Assembly (NCBI GenBank): GCA_003427395.1
Contig: BFEA01000003.1
Location: 9,647,271-9,711,270, forward strand
Source: Chara braunii
Taxonomy: Eukaryota; Plantae; Charophyceae
DNA length: 64,000 nt
Reading direction: 5' to 3'
Shown here: piece by piece, positions 59,951 to 64,000 of the stretch
Layout of the letters: each line of letters begins with the position of its first letter
How positions within the stretch are numbered: position 1 is the stretch's first letter
Made by a program: the position numbers and the translations under genes
Notes under the pieces: generated by a model
Seen by the model: only the letters and a program-made list of their open reading frames with translations
Database searches by the model: none
What the model was told of the DNA's origin: nothing

Positions 59951-61328
59951 GAGAGGATTTTGTCGTCTTCATTAGACTCATCCTCGGAGCAATGTCTTTA
60001 GGACTCATCCTCGGAGCAATGTCAGAAAAAAAAGGAAAAAAAAATTGGGTGGGGTTCCGGGCCGCCCGGCGGACCGGCGGGGGCCCGGGTGGGGTCCCGG
60101 GTGGCCTGGCCGGGCAGTGCATCCGGTCGGTCCCCGGCCCCCCCCCAGCGCACAGGGCATTTCGGGGTTTTCAGACCCCATTTCGAACGGTGGTGGGCTC
60201 CCGCAGGCCTACCGGGTCCGACCGGCCCGAAACCCACGGCATCGGGCCCGATAGACGCCTTAAGTGCCCAGATGCATCAATCATCCCTCGACTTCCCACT
60301 TCATCCCTCACCCAAGGATGTTCGCTCACCTCCGAGGCTATGGCAACAGCAGACCGACTATGGCTGCTGCGCTCAGGCTGCGCCTACACAACTTCTTAAT
60401 TGCGCCCTGTCTGCGCCCTTTATTACGCTGCCCAACCTTCGACCAGCAAGTTAGCGCTCCAGCAGCCGAGCTGCCGCCTCCCTCCAGCCACAATGTTGTG
60501 AAGTGAGCATCCTCACATCCTTTTGTCCATTGGTTCGCTGGGTGAGGCAGACTTTGGATGCTCGGCCCCTTTCCCACTATCTGTGACAGGGTCCTTCCAG
60601 AATGTGTCCGCAGTTAAACTGTAATTCTCGTGGGCCTTAGCATCTTTAACCATTGGGCCTACCGGTCGGTTGGAGATGTTGCGTATAGCAACCAACCCGC
60701 GAGGCTCTTTCTGCTCATATCAGCCTCAAAATAGGGCCTCGTCAAATTTTTCAGGGGCCCGCCTTGACTTAGGGCGGGTGTAGACAGTTTTCAGTGGGTG
60801 TTGGCCCTCTCCAACCTAGGCCAAGCGCCTCATGCCTTGCATTTGTCTTAAACAAATGAAATTCTGAGGAAATCAGAAAACAGAGAGTCCTTGCAAGAAA
60901 AGATATTTTTATTCCCGTTTTTAATTTTTTCTTGAATTTGGTTTTGAACTTCGACACTGCCCTCAGGTAGTCGTATGAACCAGGCCGAAGGGCCTGGATC
61001 ATACGACATTAGGCTGCCTGTGTTTAAAAAAAAAAAAAAAAAAAGGTGTTTGTATTGCAATGTTGTACAACATTGTTTTTTTTCTCCTTTTTTAAAAAAA
61101 AACAAAAATTGTAAATATTGAAAATTCAGAATATAATGTATGTACGTTGTATTCAAATACAGCACGCGTATGATGCATTCGAATACAACATGTACGTTCT
61201 ATTCGAAAAAAATCAGCGATATTTTTTAGAACCCGTTTTTCAGAGGCAAGTTGAATAGAACATTCGTATGTTTTTTTGGGTTAAGATGGTAAGCCGTTTT
61301 CTCCAATTTCTTTTGCTTCATATCCAGT

Positions 61329-61672
61329 GGCCTAGCTTAGCTGGTAAGGGACGCAAGTGGCATTTGGGAGGTCTTAGGTTCAATCCCCATGGGCCTCACG
61401 TACCTTACCGGGCAAGTTTGGCGCACGCCACCTAGAGACAGCCCGCTGGTCCCCCCGAGTGGTATTGAGCAGAGGTTGCTGGTGTTCATAGGGAGAGGGG
61501 ACCAGAGGGGAGGAACGGCGCATCAAAGAAGCTCGGTCCTAATGCGACCGGTTGACCCCTGGCCAGTATCATCCACCTGCAGGCTGGATCCCCTACATGT
61601 TCCCTCATTGGAGGCCTGAACTCAGGTTGGCTGCTATGAGGTTTCCCGTGATACTACAATTATAAATACAAA
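61329..61672 (+). mobile_element. tRNA-derived SINE
   Basis: A box TAGCTTAGCTGG (61333-61344), B box GGTTCAATCCC (61377-61387), acceptor-like pairing GGCCTA/TGGGCC, ~260-bp body and A-rich end (3' boundary approximate). Confidence 0.65.
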
Positions 61673-61900
61673 GGGCCTAGAAGGCCCTCCTGTCTGGGTT
61701 CGACAGGCAATTGAATTGGTTGGGCCACAAAGAGTTGGCCTATAATAAAAAAAAGATCTTCCTGTTGCATGAGTCAGGAGAAAACGCCTTTATATGCGCC
61801 CCCCAAAAAAAACTCAGAAGAAAAAAAACGCCTTTATATGCCCCACCCCAAAAAAAAACTCGGCTGTTTTTTTCAACTTTTTTTTTTTTTTTTTTTTTTT

Positions 61901-62067
61901 TTAAACCACCACTACCTTTCTCATATGTGGGGCCGCGGGCCTCAAATTCAAATTCGGCCGCCACGCGCCGTCGATGAAAAATATCGACGGCGGTGTGGCG
62001 GCTATTTTTCAGGAGCAGGCTACTAGATGCCCGCAGACGACATATCGGAAAGGTAGTGGTGGTTTAA
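61901..62067. mobile_element. MITE-like foldback element
   Basis: TTAAACCACCACTACCTTTC / GAAAGGTAGTGGTGGTTTAA perfect 20-bp inverted ends extending imperfectly to ~40 bp, plus an internal GC-rich hairpin. Confidence 0.75.
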
Positions 62068-62174
62068 CATGGTTCCTTTTTAGTAAGGGTCCAGTGCCCA
62101 AGGCAAAAATGCAATGAAAAGTGAGTGGCAGATTCAAGGGCCACAATGTCTCCTGCTTCATCCCTTATGAAAAA

Positions 62175-62470
62175 GGAACCAAGAAACGAAAAAATAGAAA
62201 AACCAAAGAATTAAAAAAATATCATAACAGCTTGCGTATTTTCTAAAGTCTAAACCAAGAATTCTTAAACATAATAAGGAAACGAATAGAAAAAACAACG
62301 AAAAAGAGAAGTATAAAAAAGAAACAAAGAATTCTGAAGCATTGTTACAAGTAGCCTATGTTTTTAGTTACTAAACCAAGAATTCCTTACACTAATAAAG
62401 GAAAAATTAGAAAAACCAAAAAAATCCTAAAATTCGTAACAAGTTGCTTACAAAGTCTGAAGACTCTGAA
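62175..62470. repeat. Degenerate A-rich tandem repeat (~3 units, taaaccaagaattc motif)
   Basis: Motif recurs near 62178, 62251 and 62372. Confidence 0.55.
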
Positions 62471-62533
62471 CCGAAAATTTTGTGAAGTGGAAAAGATTAT
62501 GAAAACATGAAACCAATACACGTTGATAGACTT

Positions 62534-63080
62534 AGAGTTGGACCCCACAGGAAAAAAAGGATGGAAAAACCGTCCGGCCAAAAAAAAGGGGCAAAGAATT
62601 TTGGAAAGCTGGAAAGCAGTTCTGCGGGGACCCCACTGCGGAGGACCAAATGCGCCATGGAAACCCTTTGGGAATCAGTTGAGCCAATCGTTGCCTTTCT
62701 CCGTCGGCACTCTTTTTTTTTTTCTTGTTTTCTTTGTTTTTCCTTTTTTTTTTTGTGGCACTCTTGGTCGCTATTGGCTGCTGCCTCCCGTGAGACTTTT
62801 CCAAGACCTTTCCAGGACAGACACGCCCTNCCCCCTNCNCTNTAGAGTTGGCACAAAATTGCGGNGAGGAATCCTCCCGTGAGACCTTTCCAGGCTGCGG
62901 ACTATGTGAAAACAGAAAACTACGTTTTTCCAAGCCGCAATCTTCGGTTTGTGGGGTCTGGGAAAACGGTTTGCGGGAGAATTTTCACCTTTCCGTGGAC
63001 ATCTGCCGCAGGCTGTGGGGTCCTGGAAACAGTTTTGCGGCAAAGTTTTTCCTTTCCGCGGTCCTGTGGGGTCCAACTCT
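62534..63080. mobile_element. Non-autonomous TIR element
   Basis: 19-bp inverted ends AGAGTTGGACCCCACAGGA / TCCTGTGGGGTCCAACTCT with internal GACCCCAC/GTGGGGTC subterminal motifs. Confidence 0.6.
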
Positions 63081-63435
63081 TACACTATATCGCTCCTAAC
63101 AACACTACAACGAAAGAATTAAAAGATAGACAAAGCAAAGCCAGACAAATACCTAATGCTACAAAGGGAAAACCCTAAAAAATTGAATAGAACCTAGCGG
63201 CAGGGATGCTTATTTGCCACATGTCAACTTCAAATTAGGGTTACACGATTAACGGAATCGTAATAATTCCAACCCGAAAATCAACTCAAGCAGATGACAA
63301 AAACAACCCTAACAACCTAGAAACCCTAATCGTGAAAAAGGAAAGGCCACTTCGCATTCCAACAGGACAGTTCAGTCGAAGCAACAAACAATGTGTGACC
63401 AAAAGAGCTACCACACCAAACAAAGAGTTCGTTCT

Positions 63436-63436
<1 letters not shown>

Positions 63437-63480
<44 letters not shown>

Positions 63481-64000
63481 GCTCCAATCTATTAGTGGGG
63501 AAGAGCACGTGCTGGGAACCGGGCCCAGCGTCCCATATCGAATTGTACAGATCATTGAGAACATTTGAGATCAGTTGAGATACCGGGGCCATTACCCGGC
63601 TTCGGCTGAGAACAGTCTGTGAACACGATATGATTCAGAAAGCATGGGGCGGATCATGAATATCTAATGACCTATTAAGGAACTACTCATGCAATAGGCT
63701 GCCACAGAGGTCCTACGAATGCTCACCGCCCTCAAGATCCCTAACAAGCCCTTCTAAGACTTTCCAACACAGTCTTACTCCCTGCTGAGCTCTTCCAGGC
63801 CTCACGCCCCCACCCTGCTGGGTTACAGGGCAACACAACTCGCCCCAGCTCCGACCAGCGTCGTCCCAGCAACAACCCTTGGCTGTCCCTTGGGATGCCC
63901 ACCCCAAAGCATCCCCTGTAGCGGTACCCCTACGGCCCGGCAGTGAGGCCGGACCAGTTTCAGGCCATCGGCCTGACCCTGGTCCGGTACCAGGTTTTCC
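63437..64000 (-). mobile_element. Probable 3' end of another poly(A)-tailed non-LTR element, running off the window
   Basis: Long poly(T) at 63437-63473 followed by unique sequence; no diagnostic protein motif seen. Confidence 0.4.

Noticed and set aside
61329-61400. Functional tRNA gene
   Set aside because: Anticodon arm pairs poorly and no oligo(T) terminator follows; better explained as a SINE head.
63170-63330. AAACCCTA motifs (also near 31125-31230 and 39700-39920) as telomere
   Set aside because: Isolated motifs, not tandem arrays.

Overview
Eukaryotic, repeat-dominated draft-assembly window with four N gaps. The element content resembles a large streptophyte-algal genome such as Chara (inference, not proven). 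Positions 1.7-37 kb are a nested stack of decayed retroelements: (i) a Penelope-like element (PLE) with an N-terminal GIY-YIG endonuclease followed by RT, an extra upstream gag-like ORF (GW repeats, CCHC knuckle, coiled coil) and two direct terminal repeats, each carrying a minimal type I hammerhead ribozyme; (ii) Ty3/Gypsy chromovirus A (+) inserted in the downstream PLE repeat; (iii) an L1-type LINE (-); (iv) chromovirus B (-), split by (v) chromovirus C (-), which has both LTRs and a GTGCA target-site duplication. Positions 38-50.7 kb hold one probable host gene, a spliced Sel1-repeat protein with a long repetitive C-terminus and TE-filled introns. Positions 51-64 kb appear non-coding: a long inverted repeat with ~260-bp arms, L1 3' ends, a tRNA-derived SINE and small TIR elements. 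Most short ORFs in the supplied track are spurious. The most notable system is the two-ORF, permuted-domain PLE with paired hammerheads. Identities and mismatch counts are approximate hand estimates.
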